DNA from: Azolla caroliniana
Lineage: Eukaryota; Plantae; Polypodiophyta
Direction: 5' to 3'
DNA: 64,000 nt
Assembly (NCBI GenBank): GCA_043228905.1
Contig: JBHGNT010000007.1
Span: 6,572,001-6,636,000 of the forward strand
Shown: positions 61,821 to 64,000 of the stretch, piece by piece
Position numbering within the stretch: position 1 is the first letter of the stretch
Layout: each line of letters begins with the position of its first letter
Position numbers and translations under genes: made by a program
The notes under the pieces: generated by a model
Database searches by the model: none
Told to the model about the DNA's origin: nothing
Seen by the model: only the letters and a program-made list of their open reading frames with translations

Positions 61821-62582
61821 GGTAGAATAACTCAAGAAAGAGAGCAAGCAAATGCAAGGTTCGAACCCGAGAGAAACGTGGTTGAAGCACCGTTGGGAGG
61901 GTCGACAATAGACGAGCTCACAAAGATGGTGCGAGATCTCCAAATAGCGCAAGCTAGGAGAGAGAGTGGCGGCCCTCAAGATCGACGTCCCCCGTTCGCG
62001 TAAAGATGTATGTGGTGCGACAACCCCGACCACCTACGAAGGGAGTGTGGATACTTTCAAGAGGCCCTAAGAAAGGATATTGTCTATCTTTGGAACAATA
62101 GGGTCTATTTGACGGAGACAAGGCGCCCCTTGGGATTGAATCAAGGCCGAGGGGGCATGAGAAGGCTAATGGAGGAGGCTGAAGCACGACATGTTGAAGC
62201 CGTCCACTACTTGGCGTTGGCTGGGATTCGAGTGGGGAAAGAGGTGAGGAGGCAAGAGGAGAAAGAGTTTGACTTTTGGCCGTCAATCCTTGGAAGCCTC
62301 TCTAACGGGAAGTTCAAAAGAGAAGAAGCGGATGAAGCGGAAATAAGGGTCCAAGAAGCAACCGGGTGGAAGGATCCGGTGGAAGAAAAGACAGGCTTAG
62401 TGGAAGCCGCTTGCCAAAACTACAAAGTAATGGTAGAAAGGAAGAAGGTAGGAAATGACGAGGGAGCCGGTCCATCAAGGAAATAGGACGCTAGAGGTGC
62501 ATGAAGAAGGGAAGAGCCGAACCAATCTCAAGCACGCGACGAACGATGGAAAGAGAAGGGGAACCCCCCCAACTTCAAGCTT

Positions 62583-64000
62583 TGCTCGGAAATCGAACAA
62601 GCAACGGCCACAACCGAGGAACAGGATCGATTCACAGAAAACAGGAAATACTACAATGCACGAAAACAATAGAGAGAAGGGCACCCTGGATGTTTTACGT
62701 GGAAAACCCTAAATGGGAAAAACCACGGGAGTGCAAGACTCCAACTATCACTATACGCGGGAATGTACAATGGCGAGTTGCAAGGCGACGACCTTGAGCT
62801 CGCTGTCCTCGCCACAGGCGGCGGTATTACACAGAGGCGTCGACCTCTTCCTTCCTCCTTCTCTCTCACTCTCTCTCGGCTGCTCTCACTTCGCTCCCTC
62901 TTAGTGGAAAACAGAAAATGAGCAACAACAACTTAACTGTTTGCCCTAAGTCATATTTATACACATATGACTTTCGGGCTATTTACAAATATAGCCTCAA
63001 GGGCTCTTGGCAAACATATTCACAAATATGTCTCCGCATCCGGATCTCTCTCCGGGTACATTCGTCATCCGGCTCCGTAGCCGGGGTCTTCATCATCCGG
63101 CTCCGTAACCGGGGTCTTCATCATCCGGCTCCGTAACCGCAACCGGGCTTGCCGTCATTCATCCCCGGACATCCCATCCGGAGGGACCGAAATCCCAACA
63201 AACTCCCCCTTCACTTCGGCATGGGATGTCTCTCCAGTCCGATCCTCTTCCGGCATGCTTCCAGCTTGTCGGGTGTGAGCACCTTGGTCAGCATATCCGA
63301 CCCGTTCTCGTCCGTGTGGACCTTCGTCAGCACGAACTCCTTGTCTTCTATCCTTTCCCGGATCCAGTGATATCTTCGCTGGATGTGCTTCGTTCGGGAG
63401 TGATAAGCCGCGTTCTTCGCAAGGTGGATGGCACTCTGACTGTCGCAGTAGAGTCGGTACTCCTCCTGCTGGATACCGAGCTCTCTAATGAAGTCCTTCA
63501 TCCATATTATTTCCTTGCCGGCTTCAACAGCCGCCATGTACTCCGCCTCCGTGGTTGACAACGCAACCGTCTTCTGCAGCCTCGACTGCCACGAAACAGC
63601 TCCCCCTGCATACGTCATCACATACCCTGATGTGGACCGGCTGGTATCTGCATCAGCCGACATATCCGAATCGGTAAAGCCGTCGAATTCGGGCTTACCG
63701 GAGCCGAATCGGAGGCACACGTTTGCCGTGCCCTTCAGGTATCGGAGTATCCACTTGACCGCGTTCCAGTGCTCTTTGCCGGGATTGCTCATGTACCGGC
63801 TCACCACTCCAACTGCATATCCTATGTCCGGTCTTGTACACACCATTGCGTACATTAAGCTTCCGACGGCAGAGGCATATGGTACTTTCATCATGTCCTC
63901 CTTCTCAGCCTTTGTCTTGGGGCTTTGCTTGCTGGACAACTTGCAGTTTCCCGGGAGGGTTGACCCGACCGGTCTTGCTTCCGACATGTTGAACCGGTGA
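62583..64000 (-). mobile_element. Copia family A-related element, 3' end (RT/RNase H, PPT, 3' LTR), running off the window
   Basis: Open ORF 63987-63211 (YASAVGSLMY..TRPDI, VSWQSRLQ, STTEAEY, HSRTKHI), PPT ~63203-63212, and LTR ~62583-63200 with an approximate left end. Confidence 0.92.

Larger units (their letters stand above)
58959..62582 (+). mobile_element. Ty3/gypsy element 5' part: 1.4-kb LTR, tRNA-Trp-type PBS, gag
   Basis: LTR tgtcg..cgaca 58959-60372 and PBS tggtgaacccgac 60378-60390. Gag GRFNGRDITSYLDAY..DWAMVKR, IDELTKMVRDLQI and zinc knuckle CMWCDNPDHLRREC. Confidence 0.85.

Overview
Eukaryotic nuclear DNA from a land plant, most likely a non-seed plant (bryophyte or fern); this is inferred from the retroelement types. 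There are three spliced host genes: the 3' part of a C2/GRAM/VASt BAGP1-like gene (+, 740-5759), an 11-exon SNF2-RING-helicase of the CHR27/CHR28 (FRG)/Ris1 type (+, 34104-48229) and an 8-exon PLP-homeostasis YggS/PROSC gene (-, 53501-50284). Two nested transposon blocks flank or separate them (about 7.2-32.4 kb and 53.6-64 kb), built from Ty1/copia and Ty3/gypsy LTR retrotransposons, solo LTRs, LINE fragments and hAT-type MITEs. The most interesting object is a complete, decayed chromovirus at 14942-21164. It has no tRNA primer-binding site; instead a 12-nt site is complementary to its own predicted transcript 5' end (Tf1-like self-priming). It also has a palindrome centred on the predicted start site, a four-fold duplicated promoter/primer module in its 5' LTR, and a tRNA-like A/B-box module at the LTR terminus. 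Other highlights are a ~4.2-kb inversion reconstructable from broken reading frames, hypervariable repeat arrays in six LTRs of one copia family, a peptide-repeat expansion plus SIM-like motif in the SNF2 N-terminus, and a duplicated last exon of the PLPBP gene. All calls come from manual reading; no database searches were run.
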